Source: a virus. Taken from it: 64,000 bases of DNA. Positions within the stretch are counted from its first letter, which is position 1; the number at the start of each line of letters is the position of its first letter. Shown piece after piece: positions 54,082-63,948 of this stretch. The translations under genes were made by a program, and so were the position numbers. A model generated the notes under the pieces. The model was not told the DNA's origin and searched no databases. It saw only the letters and a program-made list of their open reading frames with translations. Location: positions 8,895 through 72,894 of the IMG/VR virus record IMGVR_UViG_3300006052_000009. The stretch is one strand, 5' to 3'.

Positions 54082-54960
54082 ATGCCAAACAAGCCGATTC
54101 CTTTTAAGTTTTCCCTCTTCCCTGGCGATCTGATTAATGCGATGGCAGGCATCAAAGAAATTTGTACTCGCCTCAATACAACGGCAGAAATCTTCTTGGG
54201 ACTCGATGTAGAGTGGAAGGTAAGCGAGATCATCGCCAAGGGTAGAAAATCAAAATCTACCCTTACAAAGGAGACACTCGATATGCTCTCGCCACTTCTG
54301 CTAAGCCAAAAATACATTTCCAAAGTAAGAGACATCAACGAGGAGCACTCGGAATACTTTAAGAAGTGGATCGATGCCTTCCAAAACATGGATGACTTCG
54401 AGTATGCCGCCAAGTGGTATGCGCAGAATCAAGGTTCATTAATAGACCTAGACAAGCACCAGACTTATCCAATCAGCATGCCTTACGGCAACATCTTCCG
54501 TTGGAACTTTTATGTCTATCCTGACATGACTTGCGACTTATCTCAGCCATGGCTTGACGTGGAGGTGGATGACTTTGTGCCACACGATGCGATCATTGTC
54601 AACAGAACAGAGAGGGCAATCAATCCAACTATCTCTTATGCGTTCCTGAAGAAGTACGAGAAACGAATCATCTTTGCTGGCCACAAGGAAGAGTGGATAA
54701 TATTCTGCCAGCAGTTCAATCTAAACATCCCACGTTTGATTATTAAAGACTTTTACGAACTTGCGTCCGTGATACGATCAGCAAAACTATTCATCGGAAA
54801 TCAGAGCTTGTGTTTTTCTATTGCTGAGGCGGTCAAGGTACCACGCATCCTCGAGACTTGCCAGTATCTCCCCAACGTGATTCCCTGCGGAAAGGATGCA
54901 TACGACTTTTATTTTCAACAGCCATTCGAGTATATGGTCGATAAACTAGCCAACCAATGA
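54082..54960 (+). CDS. GT-B (GT9, heptosyltransferase-like) glycosyltransferase
   Basis: N-terminal PGDLINAM and C-terminal DFYELASVIRSAKLFIGNQSLCFSIAEAVKVPRILE. Confidence 0.75.
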   Translation: MPNKPIPFKFSLFPGDLINAMAGIKEICTRLNTTAEIFLGLDVEWKVSEIIAKGRKSKSTLTKETLDMLSPLLLSQKYISKVRDINEEHSEYFKKWIDAFQNMDDFEYAAKWYAQNQGSLIDLDKHQTYPISMPYGNIFRWNFYVYPDMTCDLSQPWLDVEVDDFVPHDAIIVNRTERAINPTISYAFLKKYEKRIIFAGHKEEWIIFCQQFNLNIPRLIIKDFYELASVIRSAKLFIGNQSLCFSIAEAVKVPRILETCQYLPNVIPCGKDAYDFYFQQPFEYMVDKLANQ

Positions 54961-55190
54961 TTTGCCCGAATACAGGTCAATTTTGTGTCTATAAAAATAG
55001 CAGTGCACCTTGTGGTCAAAATACGTGTAAATTTGGTGGTACCCCTGTAAGCATTCCAAGCCCAGCACCACTTATAGGTTGGATTTGTCCACGATGCCAA
55101 AGAGTGCACTCACCGTTTATACCTTCCTGTAGTTGTAATGCACCATATATTACTCAAGCAACAGTCTCACCCAAAACCACTACCGAATGA
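54957..55190 (+). CDS. Cys-rich zinc-binding mini-protein
   Basis: CPNTGQFC...C...C and GWICPRCQRVHSPFIPSCSC. Confidence 0.65.
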   Translation: MICPNTGQFCVYKNSSAPCGQNTCKFGGTPVSIPSPAPLIGWICPRCQRVHSPFIPSCSCNAPYITQATVSPKTTTE

Positions 55191-56584
55191 AGACACTTCC
55201 CGATGTTACCGTAGTTGTTGCCGATACAGTCTCTTACGGTGACTCCATCAGCGCAATCCAAAAGACTCTCCAACAAATAAAACCTGCCGAGGTAATATTC
55301 TTCACCGATGTGGAATTTCCATCGGATGACTATCGAATAGAAAAGATTCATCGCCTCACATCCAAACAAGACTACTCTTCATTCATGCTCAAGAAGTTGG
55401 GCAACTATCAGTGGCACACATCACATATCTTGGTTATTCAGCACGATGGATACGTGCTCGATGCAGACCAGTGGAGTGACGATTGGCTTAAGTATGACTA
55501 CATCGGAGCACCATGGCAATACATAGATGGACGCAATGTCGGAAACGGTGGCTTCAGTCTCCGTTCCACGAGACTACATACCATCCTTGCCGAGGACACA
55601 CACATTGGCAATTACCATCCAGAGGATGACACCATCTGCCGAGCCTACAGAAGATATCTGGAGGATAAGTACAACATCGTATTTGCCCCCGATGACGTGG
55701 CTGAGAGATTCTCCTACGAACTAAATGCACCTAAAGACAAAACTTTTGGATTCCACGGCAAATTTCATCAGCCATACAAGGAACCAATAGTCTTCAGGCG
55801 CAAGGGTGCCCTAGGTGATGTCATTGCTTTGGAGCCTGTCCTCGATTACTTCTTCTTCAAGGGGCATGAAATAGTCATTGATTCCGACTACTCATTAGTC
55901 TTTGCCAGACACTTTTTCCCGATTAAGAACTACAAGGACTTCGATCAAACAATAAAGCATCGCGTAATCAACTTAGATATGTCATATGAAGTGAAGCCTA
56001 AACAGCTCCACCTCAAGTCATACTTTGAAATGTGCGGTGTGACAGACTATAAGTTGAGGAACCCACACCTGAAGTGGGAGACTAACGATCATAACAAAAT
56101 ATTCAAGAAGTACGTGGTGATGCACATCGATTACCGAGACACTGCACATCGTAACATTCACAACGTATCGTTCTACAGGATAAAGACGGTGCTCGAAAAG
56201 ATGGGTTACACCGTCATCCAGATAGGCAAAGGAAAGCATGAGGAGGTAGGGTTAGAGTTCAACTGCCCTAATGAGCAGATGATGATGTATCTGATTGCCG
56301 GTTGCGACTTGTTCATTGGCATTGACTCGGGGCCAGCATCAATAGCTGTTGCCTTGGATAAGAAGTGCGTTCTATTTTTTGGATCAGTAAACCCAGAGTA
56401 CATTCATCCAGACCTTTCAAAGGTCATCGTCATCCAAGGAGAATGCCCTATAGGCAAGCAACACTGCTGGCATGAGAAGCCAGGCACCAGAGGCCAGGAT
56501 TGTGAAGTTGACCCAGCAATGCCTCCTTGCACCATAGGAGATACAGAGAAAGTAGTAGCAGCAATTAAAAAACAACTTTTATGA
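55187..56584 (+). CDS. DUF5672 (GT-A-like) plus GT9-like fusion glycosyltransferase
   Basis: LVIQHDGY...YDYIGAPW...VGNGGFSLRS...HPED, then RRKGALGDVI...FIGIDSGPASIAVAL...LFFGS. Confidence 0.8.
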   Translation: MKTLPDVTVVVADTVSYGDSISAIQKTLQQIKPAEVIFFTDVEFPSDDYRIEKIHRLTSKQDYSSFMLKKLGNYQWHTSHILVIQHDGYVLDADQWSDDWLKYDYIGAPWQYIDGRNVGNGGFSLRSTRLHTILAEDTHIGNYHPEDDTICRAYRRYLEDKYNIVFAPDDVAERFSYELNAPKDKTFGFHGKFHQPYKEPIVFRRKGALGDVIALEPVLDYFFFKGHEIVIDSDYSLVFARHFFPIKNYKDFDQTIKHRVINLDMSYEVKPKQLHLKSYFEMCGVTDYKLRNPHLKWETNDHNKIFKKYVVMHIDYRDTAHRNIHNVSFYRIKTVLEKMGYTVIQIGKGKHEEVGLEFNCPNEQMMMYLIAGCDLFIGIDSGPASIAVALDKKCVLFFGSVNPEYIHPDLSKVIVIQGECPIGKQHCWHEKPGTRGQDCEVDPAMPPCTIGDTEKVVAAIKKQLL

Positions 56585-57378
56585 TTTGGTCAGGTTTTAC
56601 CTTTTTCAATGAGTTAGACCTTCTTAAACTACGGTTGGAAGAAACTCGCGGACTCGACATTGTTCACATCCTTGTGGAGTCAAAGTATACTTTCAAGGGT
56701 GACGAAAAACCGTTATACTTTGATGCTGTCAAGGATCAATTCAAGGAATTCAACATCGCTCACGTTGTATGGTCACCTGCGCAGCCAGACAAAGATCCAT
56801 GGGTCAATGAGCGAAATCAGCGCAATGCAATGATGGCGGTCATGAAGAACGCTCGGCCTGATGACATTTGCATCGTCACGGATGTAGATGAGGTGGTCAG
56901 CAAGAACGCAATCATGCGCTACCCGAAGAAAGGGATTGCTAATCTTGAGATGAAAAAGTACGGTTACTACCTCAATTGCCTCGAGGGTGAGTGGCACATC
57001 GGCAAGATATTCATGGGTGCCGACCTGAAGAGAGGAACCCCCGATCAGATTCGTAACGCTGGTGCTGAGTTCACACTTGCTGATGCTGGCTGGCACTGGT
57101 CGTTCCAAGGTGGTGTCGATGCTATTCTCGAGAAGTTCGCATCGTTCTCCCATCAGGAAGAGGCAGTGCAGAGACATGCTAATAGAGAAATTTTACTCGA
57201 GAAATTTAAAACTGGTCAATCGATCTGGGGAGAAGACCACTGGAAGATGGTACCACTCGATGAGACATTCCCAAAGTATTTGCTTGAACATAAGGAGGAG
57301 TACAGGCATATGATTTATGAATTAAAAAATTCAGGAAGTACAGTATTAAATCCACAACCACCAAATCACGGGTATTAA
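56581..57378 (+). CDS. GT17-family (MGAT3-like beta-1,4-GlcNAc transferase)
   Basis: FTFFNELDLLKLRLEE, VESKYTFKG.EKPLYF, ERNQRN, TDVDE, GWHWSF. Confidence 0.85.
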   Translation: MIWSGFTFFNELDLLKLRLEETRGLDIVHILVESKYTFKGDEKPLYFDAVKDQFKEFNIAHVVWSPAQPDKDPWVNERNQRNAMMAVMKNARPDDICIVTDVDEVVSKNAIMRYPKKGIANLEMKKYGYYLNCLEGEWHIGKIFMGADLKRGTPDQIRNAGAEFTLADAGWHWSFQGGVDAILEKFASFSHQEEAVQRHANREILLEKFKTGQSIWGEDHWKMVPLDETFPKYLLEHKEEYRHMIYELKNSGSTVLNPQPPNHGY

Positions 57379-57379
57379 A

Positions 57380-58012
57380 ATGCGCAGCCTTGACGAAATC
57401 GCTATTGCCACTGGTACCGATAAAAACTCCCAGTGCCATAATTACACACCTTATTACAAGTTGTTCTTTGAGCCGATGAGACATCTTCCTATAAAGGTAT
57501 TAGAAGTCGGTATTTACCACGGTGACTCGCTTCGTCTTTGGAAAGAATATTTTCCGAACGCAACGATCTATGGTGTTGATATTGAAGATTGTTCTCAGCA
57601 CAATGAGGACAGGATCATAACCGATATCACCGACCAAAGTTCTGGCTACAGCCTGAGCATGTTCAAGGCTCGCTTCCCATCAATGGATATTATTATCGAT
57701 GATGGCAGCCACCAATGTAAGGATCAAATACTCACCTTTGAAAAATTGTGGTCAAGCCTTAACTCGGGAGGATTCTACGTATGTGAGGATCTCCTGTGCA
57801 GTTACTTTGGTCAATGGAGTAAGGATGGTGTGTCGATGATATCAAGAGTAAAGCAGATGGTTGACGAGGTAAACATGGGCGGCAAAGTCAATCAGAACTG
57901 GTTATGCTCGAATAAAGTAAATGAAAGAGAGAAGTATTCACTCAATGCATTCGAGCGAGAGATTGAGTTTGTATTCAATTCATGCGGATTGGTAATCGTG
58001 AAGAAGTTATGA
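57380..58012 (+). CDS. Class I SAM sugar O-methyltransferase-like protein
   Basis: TDK...HNYTPYY, VLEVGI..G.SLRLWKEYFPNATIYGVDI, DIIIDDGSH, GGFYVCED. Confidence 0.85.
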   Translation: MRSLDEIAIATGTDKNSQCHNYTPYYKLFFEPMRHLPIKVLEVGIYHGDSLRLWKEYFPNATIYGVDIEDCSQHNEDRIITDITDQSSGYSLSMFKARFPSMDIIIDDGSHQCKDQILTFEKLWSSLNSGGFYVCEDLLCSYFGQWSKDGVSMISRVKQMVDEVNMGGKVNQNWLCSNKVNEREKYSLNAFEREIEFVFNSCGLVIVKKL

Positions 58013-58728
58013 AAAACATAACTCTATTGACGATTTCTTGGAATCAGAAAGAAGTTCTTGAACTGATGTTAAAGTCATACTTAGACCATCATTACAATGG
58101 TGATCCGCTAAAGATTTGTCTTTGGGATAACGGATCAACTGACGGAACGGTGGAGTGGTTGATTGATAATAATATTCCTTTTTTAAAGTCGGTAACAAAC
58201 ATCGGACATGAGTCTGCGATTAATGTTTGCTATCCGTCCATTTCGACAAAATATTGTTTACTTGTGGATACTGATATTCTTTTCAATGGAAGAGTGTACG
58301 ACTTCATCGATTGGTTTGATCAGACAATAGTTGCCTGTGGAGATTTTATCGATGGTGATATCCTTAACTCACCCATCAAGGCAAGAATAGGTGCTTGGTT
58401 TATTTTATTCGACATCGAGAAATGCCGCGATCACGGAATCACTTATTTCAGAAATAAAGAGGAGGACTGGTCATACGATGTAGGATCTCAGTTCTACGAG
58501 AACATAAAGATGGCTGGACTTGACATCCATCCAATACATCGCATCCCTGGTGACATGGATCGAGATCAAATCGGCATGCGCTACGGTGCATTTGATCACC
58601 TTCTTCGGATGTCGTGGGATTGGAACAAGCACGGTGACCGCATTGGTGAGATTCAGATGAGACAACAGTTTGTAAAGAATAAATTGAAGGAGTACGAAAA
58701 CATTGACTTAAAAAATAAATTCTACTAA
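58009..58728 (+). CDS. GT2-family glycosyltransferase
   Basis: ITLLTISWN, WDNGSTDGT, NIGH, LLVDTD, YDVG. ATG 58009 is coupled to the previous stop. Confidence 0.8.
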   Translation: MKNITLLTISWNQKEVLELMLKSYLDHHYNGDPLKICLWDNGSTDGTVEWLIDNNIPFLKSVTNIGHESAINVCYPSISTKYCLLVDTDILFNGRVYDFIDWFDQTIVACGDFIDGDILNSPIKARIGAWFILFDIEKCRDHGITYFRNKEEDWSYDVGSQFYENIKMAGLDIHPIHRIPGDMDRDQIGMRYGAFDHLLRMSWDWNKHGDRIGEIQMRQQFVKNKLKEYENIDLKNKFY

Positions 58729-58729
58729 C

Positions 58730-59530
58730 ATGGCATCATTAGGAGGATGTACATTTATCATGAACGGTAATAAATTTGACTATTGTTACCGCGAGACAAT
58801 CCAGAACCTGAAAGACATGTGCGATCAGGTAGTAGTGGTTACCATTCAGACAGAGGACGGAACTGTGGAAGAAGTAAAACGCTTGGCTGATGAGAAAACC
58901 AAGGTGATTGTTCTTGATGATACGTTATGGAATTTACTAGGTGGCCATGAAGACCTCTTCAAGGGAAGAGATCGCCTTAGCCACTTCAGTAACATTGCAT
59001 TAGCTAACTTGGACACAGACTTCGCTATTTATGTTCAATGTGATGAGGTGATAGCTGAACAAAGTTTTCCCTTCATTCGGCAGGCTATCAATGAACCTAA
59101 CGCATCAGGATTTATGATCACCAGGATCAACCTTTGGGGTGACGCTTATCATGAACTCATCGCTAGGAATCAGCCATGCAGCCACCAGGTCATCAGGCTT
59201 GGCCGCAATATCCCTACATTCAGATGTGTTGACGATGCCGAGAGCTGTTCGGTGGTGCCATTGTCGTTCGACTACGTTGACAAGATCATTATGTACCATG
59301 TTGGCTTTGTGCGCGACTTCAAGATCATGAAGGCCAAGGTTAAAAACATGCTGGTGGATGTGTTCCAGTTCTCGGAGGCCGACAGGAGGCTTGCCAACCA
59401 CGATTACTACAATCCGTGGGATTACTTCACCAAGGAAGATGTGCGCCCATTAATAGGCCCACTTCCAAAGTACATTCAGAAGTGGGCCGAAGAAAGGAAG
59501 AGAAGGAATGAGATTTATATGCAGGGTTAA
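58730..59530 (+). CDS. GT2-like glycosyltransferase
   Basis: CDQVVVV...EDGT, YVQCDE, IMYHVGFVR. Confidence 0.75.
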   Translation: MASLGGCTFIMNGNKFDYCYRETIQNLKDMCDQVVVVTIQTEDGTVEEVKRLADEKTKVIVLDDTLWNLLGGHEDLFKGRDRLSHFSNIALANLDTDFAIYVQCDEVIAEQSFPFIRQAINEPNASGFMITRINLWGDAYHELIARNQPCSHQVIRLGRNIPTFRCVDDAESCSVVPLSFDYVDKIIMYHVGFVRDFKIMKAKVKNMLVDVFQFSEADRRLANHDYYNPWDYFTKEDVRPLIGPLPKYIQKWAEERKRRNEIYMQG

Positions 59531-59904
59531 AATGGCAAGTCGTCAGTGTCGCTTGCTGGTGGACTTACAGTTCTTGATCCATTCCAACCAAAACCATCAT
59601 CGCTGACAGGTGCACCTTTCTTTGGAGTCTTCGCTCCATAAGCAGTGACCTCGAGTTTGTATGCACTTATATTTGAGTACCATTTCCCATTATACTCTCG
59701 GCTCTCGAGATTGACTGATGCCTTGATAGTGTCACCCTCAGTTACCTGTAGGGTACTTTCACCCTTGCTGAACATCTGAAGGCATATCTTCTTAGGATAC
59801 TGGCCTTCCGTTTCAATTACGAACTCATGCTTTGTCCATGGTCCTTTCGCGCCACTACCAGACTGTGATGGTAGCACTTTAATAACTTTCCCTTGTACTT
59901 CCAT
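59527..59904 (-). CDS. DUF3127 OB-fold (Bacteroidota SSB-like) protein
   Basis: MEVQGKVIKVLP...WTKHEFVIETEGQYPKKIC...SREYNGKWY and acidic tail DDLPF. Start moved to ATG 59904. Confidence 0.88.
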   Translation of the reverse strand: MEVQGKVIKVLPSQSGSGAKGPWTKHEFVIETEGQYPKKICLQMFSKGESTLQVTEGDTIKASVNLESREYNGKWYSNISAYKLEVTAYGAKTPKKGAPVSDDGFGWNGSRTVSPPASDTDDLPF

Positions 59905-59905
59905 T

Positions 59906-60268
59906 TTAGTCTTGTTTAAATTTTCCGAAGACATCTTGTTCCCTAATGATAATATACTCCTCACCGTCAAGCACCACTCGAGTGCCTGCAAATTTGCCGT
60001 ACATCACTATATCGCCAGGTGCGAACTTGATTGTTCTGCCTGTCTCAATTAGCTTAACGACACGCTCGATCTGATCCATTACTTCTTGGGTGGCCACGGC
60101 ATCTACCTTCAGGTTGATGTTGTATAGGGGCACACCTGTACCGACTTCCATGACAGTACCTATTGGATCCTCTTTACGATCACCCTCGAGAAGTTCAAGA
60201 CCGGCAAGTTCCTCTGTCTTAGGATTTGGCTTGATTAATATTCTATCTCCTATTGGTTCGAAGTTCAT
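59906..60268 (-). CDS. groS: Co-chaperonin GroES with an insertion
   Basis: FEPIGDRILIKP, GTVMEVGTG, PGDIVMYGKFAGT, YIIIREQDV. Confidence 0.88.
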   Translation of the reverse strand: MNFEPIGDRILIKPNPKTEELAGLELLEGDRKEDPIGTVMEVGTGVPLYNINLKVDAVATQEVMDQIERVVKLIETGRTIKFAPGDIVMYGKFAGTRVVLDGEEYIIIREQDVFGKFKQD

Positions 60269-61866
60269 ACAGTCTTTGGTTTAGCGTTGAAGATTACGGC
60301 CTTGGTGGTGAGTAGCATGCCCGCGACTGAGCCTGCGTTCTCGAGTGCAAGGCGAGTTACTTTGAATGGATCGATGATGCCTGCGGCAATAAGATTCTCG
60401 TAGTTCTGTGTCTTTGCATTGAATCCAAAATTGTCAATACCACCTGAATTGGTAAGCACATTGTTAACCACAACATCACCATTTACACCGCAATTCTCAG
60501 CAATGGTTTTAATTGGCGTTAACAATACATCCCATACTATCTTTGATCCTATGAATTGATCTCTATTCATGTCTGTCGGTGTAGGAGTATATTTACTCCA
60601 TGTAAGCAGATAACCGATACCACCACCGATGATGATACCTTCATCCAATGCTGCTCGGGTGCTCTGAAGAGCATCGTCAATGCGATCTTTTTTTTCCTTA
60701 ATCTCTACCTGGGTGGTGCCACCGACATAGATCACTGCGATGCCGGATACCAATCGAGCAAGTCTGTCCTTTAACGAAACCTTGGCTTGTTCGTTGGTGT
60801 CTTCCATTTGAGACTTAATCGATTTAACCCTGTCAATAATCTCATCAGGATCCCCATGGCCACCGATGATGGTTGTTCTCCAATTTGTAACCTTTACCCG
60901 ATCAGCCTTACCGAGTACATCGGCATCGGCTGTCTTAAGCGTAAGACCTGTTTCTTTGGTGATGATTTTTGCCCCGGTAACTACAGCAAAGTCGCGCAGG
61001 TCTTCCTTCTTAACGTCACCGATTGGTGAAGGACTTTGAACACAGCAAACAGATATGTTCTGCTTCAAATGGTTCAAGGCAAGCGTTGCCAGACAGTCAC
61101 CAGTTACATCAGTGGCGATGATCAGCAATGGATAAGTCACTCCACGCTTCCTTATTCTATCGAGAAAAGGAGTCAGCATCTTGATATTGTCGAGGACTCC
61201 ATCGTAGATCAGTATCTCGCAGTTCCGGAACTCGACCTCTTGCTTTTCGTGGTTGGTGACAAAGTACGGAGAAAGATATCCCCTGTCGAAGTTCATACCC
61301 TCCACTCTCTTCACGTAGGAGTCAACGCCTTGGTGATCTTCAACCGACACAACACCTTCTCTTCCGACCTGTCCGATTGCCTCGTTGATCAACTTGGCTA
61401 TATCGGTATCCCCATTCGCTGAGATGGTTGCCACCTTAAGAATATCATCACCTTCAACTGGGGTAGCCAGTTTTTTTAGTTCTTCCACAACTCTTTTCAC
61501 CCCGATATCAATTCCTTTCTTTAGGTCAATCCTGTTCACGCCAACGGCAATTTGCTTCACTCCCTCGTTGAAGATTGCCTGAGCTAACAGTACCGATGTA
61601 GTAGTTCCATCGCCACCGAGTTCAGCGGTCTTGTTGGCGGCCTCTCTGATCACAGATGCACCCATGTTCTCAATCGGATCATCCAAGAAGATATCACGGC
61701 TGACAGTCACGCCATCCTTACTGATGTGTGGGCTTTGGCCTGGCTGACGTTCCATGGCTACGTTTGCCCCGCCAGGACCGAGTGTTACGGTCACGGCCTT
61801 GGCCATTTTGTTCACCCCGTCTTGGAGTTTTTTGAGTGCTTCCTGATCAAATGTAATCTCTCTCAT
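60265..61866 (-). CDS. groL: Chaperonin GroEL
   Basis: [63 protein letters not shown]. No GGM tail. Confidence 0.96.
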   Translation of the reverse strand: MREITFDQEALKKLQDGVNKMAKAVTVTLGPGGANVAMERQPGQSPHISKDGVTVSRDIFLDDPIENMGASVIREAANKTAELGGDGTTTSVLLAQAIFNEGVKQIAVGVNRIDLKKGIDIGVKRVVEELKKLATPVEGDDILKVATISANGDTDIAKLINEAIGQVGREGVVSVEDHQGVDSYVKRVEGMNFDRGYLSPYFVTNHEKQEVEFRNCEILIYDGVLDNIKMLTPFLDRIRKRGVTYPLLIIATDVTGDCLATLALNHLKQNISVCCVQSPSPIGDVKKEDLRDFAVVTGAKIITKETGLTLKTADADVLGKADRVKVTNWRTTIIGGHGDPDEIIDRVKSIKSQMEDTNEQAKVSLKDRLARLVSGIAVIYVGGTTQVEIKEKKDRIDDALQSTRAALDEGIIIGGGIGYLLTWSKYTPTPTDMNRDQFIGSKIVWDVLLTPIKTIAENCGVNGDVVVNNVLTNSGGIDNFGFNAKTQNYENLIAAGIIDPFKVTRLALENAGSVAGMLLTTKAVIFNAKPKTV

Positions 61867-61939
61867 GGTTAGTTTATTTTATTTTGTTTAACTTTGATTC
61901 AACCTGACTTCATTTCGCTTTGATGTTCGGTTACTTAAA

Positions 61940-62425
61940 TCAGACGCGATGCACAGATAGTGGTCGCGTTTTTGATTTTATCAGTGGCTCCACTTGAAAG
62001 ATGAAATCTTCCCAAGTTTTCACAATGTAGTATTTGCCACCTGAGTTCTCAATTTCTTTCTGTGTCTCTTTCTGCACATCTGACTGCCGGTCTTTGCCGA
62101 ACTTCACCTCCCATGACGTGAATAGTCCATCGATCACGGCACTAATGTCACCCATACCTTTTGCTCCTTTGCTACGGGGAATGTACTTGCCTCTACCGAG
62201 AGTCACCGTGCGTCCCATTATGTTCTTAACCTCTGGTGCTGGCAGATATCGGCCATCGGAGCTTTCACGCCATGCCTTTACGCCAACCATCTCAAAATAT
62301 GCCAAGATGCTTTTTGTAAGTTCATTTGCCGAATTGTCAGAGAACTTACGGTTAGGTCTGGCATGCACAGGTATATCGGCATACTTTGTCATGTTGTAGT
62401 ATTCGGAAAATTCGCGCAACGTCAT
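61940..62425 (-). CDS. VRR-NUC-like nuclease (Holliday junction resolvase candidate)
   Basis: KGMGDISAVIDG...WEVKFGKDRQSDVQKE...GGKYYIVKTWEDF. Confidence 0.8.
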   Translation of the reverse strand: MTLREFSEYYNMTKYADIPVHARPNRKFSDNSANELTKSILAYFEMVGVKAWRESSDGRYLPAPEVKNIMGRTVTLGRGKYIPRSKGAKGMGDISAVIDGLFTSWEVKFGKDRQSDVQKETQKEIENSGGKYYIVKTWEDFIFQVEPLIKSKTRPLSVHRV

Positions 62426-62580
62426 AACACTTCCTCCTTCCAGAGTTTAAATAGTTGTTCGATGGTGTACTCTTCTTCGCCTACTTGCTTGGTGTAGACT
62501 ACAAACCCAGCATCGTACTCGAGGCGCATGTAGTTGGAGCATAGCCAGTCGGCAAATGCTAAGATTTCGGTGTGGCTCAT
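62422..62580 (-). CDS. Small hypothetical protein (52 aa)
   Basis: MSHTEILAFADWL...YTIEQLFKLW. ATGA-coupled on both sides. Confidence 0.6.
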   Translation of the reverse strand: MSHTEILAFADWLCSNYMRLEYDAGFVVYTKQVGEEEYTIEQLFKLWKEEVL

Positions 62581-63209
62581 TTTGTCGTTAATTTAATATC
62601 TTCCGGAGACAAGTCTCTCCATTGTTCCATTGCTTGAATTAATTTGTGTTCGCCCCATGCGTATACCTCGTCATGCTTCTTGATAACCTTCTTGAACATC
62701 AGATCGGGCTTCTTCTTGGAGATAGCCACGATGAGCATCATTTTCGCGCCCGTGCAAAGCATGTAATGAACGGCTGCGAGGTCATAGTTAAGCATATCTA
62801 TGCTCGCATCAAAGGCTTTTTTGTTGGTAATTGATAGCCCCTTCAGCTCTAAAATAGTGGACATGCCTACGCTTACACCGTCACACTTACACCTGGCATT
62901 GTATCGCATGCCACCAACCTCCACGGAACCATAAAATTCGTGTTCTCTGATGAAGTCATGACGAGAAACGATCATCTGGCAAATTGCATCTTTGAAAAAG
63001 GTATCTTTCATTTTCCTTGCCAGTGTCAAGTCCTCTGGATCGGCCTCTTTGTTAACATAGTGAGGCTCGAGTATCATCGAGTGGATGAGGGTGCCGAGGT
63101 CAAATATCTCTTGCAGGTTCTCTGGCTCAGGCGTAGCATTGCCATTCACCTGCTTGATGAACTTTTTGATGTCGGATGCTGAGATATATTCGTGCTCGAA
63201 ATAGTTCAT
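62577..63209 (-). CDS. PD-(D/E)xK RecE/DUF3799-like exonuclease
   Basis: ISASDIK, FDLGTLIHSMILEP, ARCKCD, ILELK, YDLAAVHY. Confidence 0.8.
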   Translation of the reverse strand: MNYFEHEYISASDIKKFIKQVNGNATPEPENLQEIFDLGTLIHSMILEPHYVNKEADPEDLTLARKMKDTFFKDAICQMIVSRHDFIREHEFYGSVEVGGMRYNARCKCDGVSVGMSTILELKGLSITNKKAFDASIDMLNYDLAAVHYMLCTGAKMMLIVAISKKKPDLMFKKVIKKHDEVYAWGEHKLIQAMEQWRDLSPEDIKLTTK

Positions 63210-63348
63210 TAAAGTAAAATACTGATTTTGTTATGTTAGTTTAAGTCGCTAAAGTAATATCAGGTTATAGCCTTAAAAATCAAATCATTCATCAGGCTAT
63301 AGCCTTATAGGGTATAGCCAATCATTTTTCACTTGATGCAATTACTTT

Positions 63349-63948
63349 TCACTGCCTCGTTAACTTGAATTTGGATTTTAACTCATTGAATTTAATTTCA
63401 TTTTCATATTCAAGATAATTGTAAATGTCTTCCCACATCTCATCTTGCCCTTCACTCTGTTTCTGCTCTGCCTTATCCAACAACCTAAGCATATCCTCAG
63501 GCATGTCAGGAGTGTAGAATTTCATTAGGGCAGATTTGTAGTCAGCTAACTTGCTTTCGAGTTGTAACCTTACGTCAAGTAAATGCGTTATCTCTTTACT
63601 TTGATCTTCAACTTTGCTTTCGAGTTGCTTGATTTTATTTTCATAAGCCATTTTATCAAATTCAACCTTTTCCTCTAAACGCCAATTCTCCTCTTCCATC
63701 TGCTTAATTGTTGCGTAAGCTGAATTTCTTTGTGCAATAGCGTGTTCATTATGAAGTCTTAATCCTTGATTCTCCTCTTTCAGCCTTTCAATCTCGCTCT
63801 GTTCGTTACCCTTTTCAAATGATCCATCTTTCGTAACTCCTTTTGAGATATTTTCATTAAAATTTTCTGTCCATTTCTCACTCTGTTCGTTACTAATAGT
63901 AATTTCTTCCCACGATAGAAATATTTCAAATAGAGTTTCAACGTTCAT
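63349..63948 (-). CDS. Coiled-coil hypothetical protein
   Basis: ORF track. Heptad-rich. Confidence 0.6.
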   Translation of the reverse strand: MNVETLFEIFLSWEEITISNEQSEKWTENFNENISKGVTKDGSFEKGNEQSEIERLKEENQGLRLHNEHAIAQRNSAYATIKQMEEENWRLEEKVEFDKMAYENKIKQLESKVEDQSKEITHLLDVRLQLESKLADYKSALMKFYTPDMPEDMLRLLDKAEQKQSEGQDEMWEDIYNYLEYENEIKFNELKSKFKLTRQ

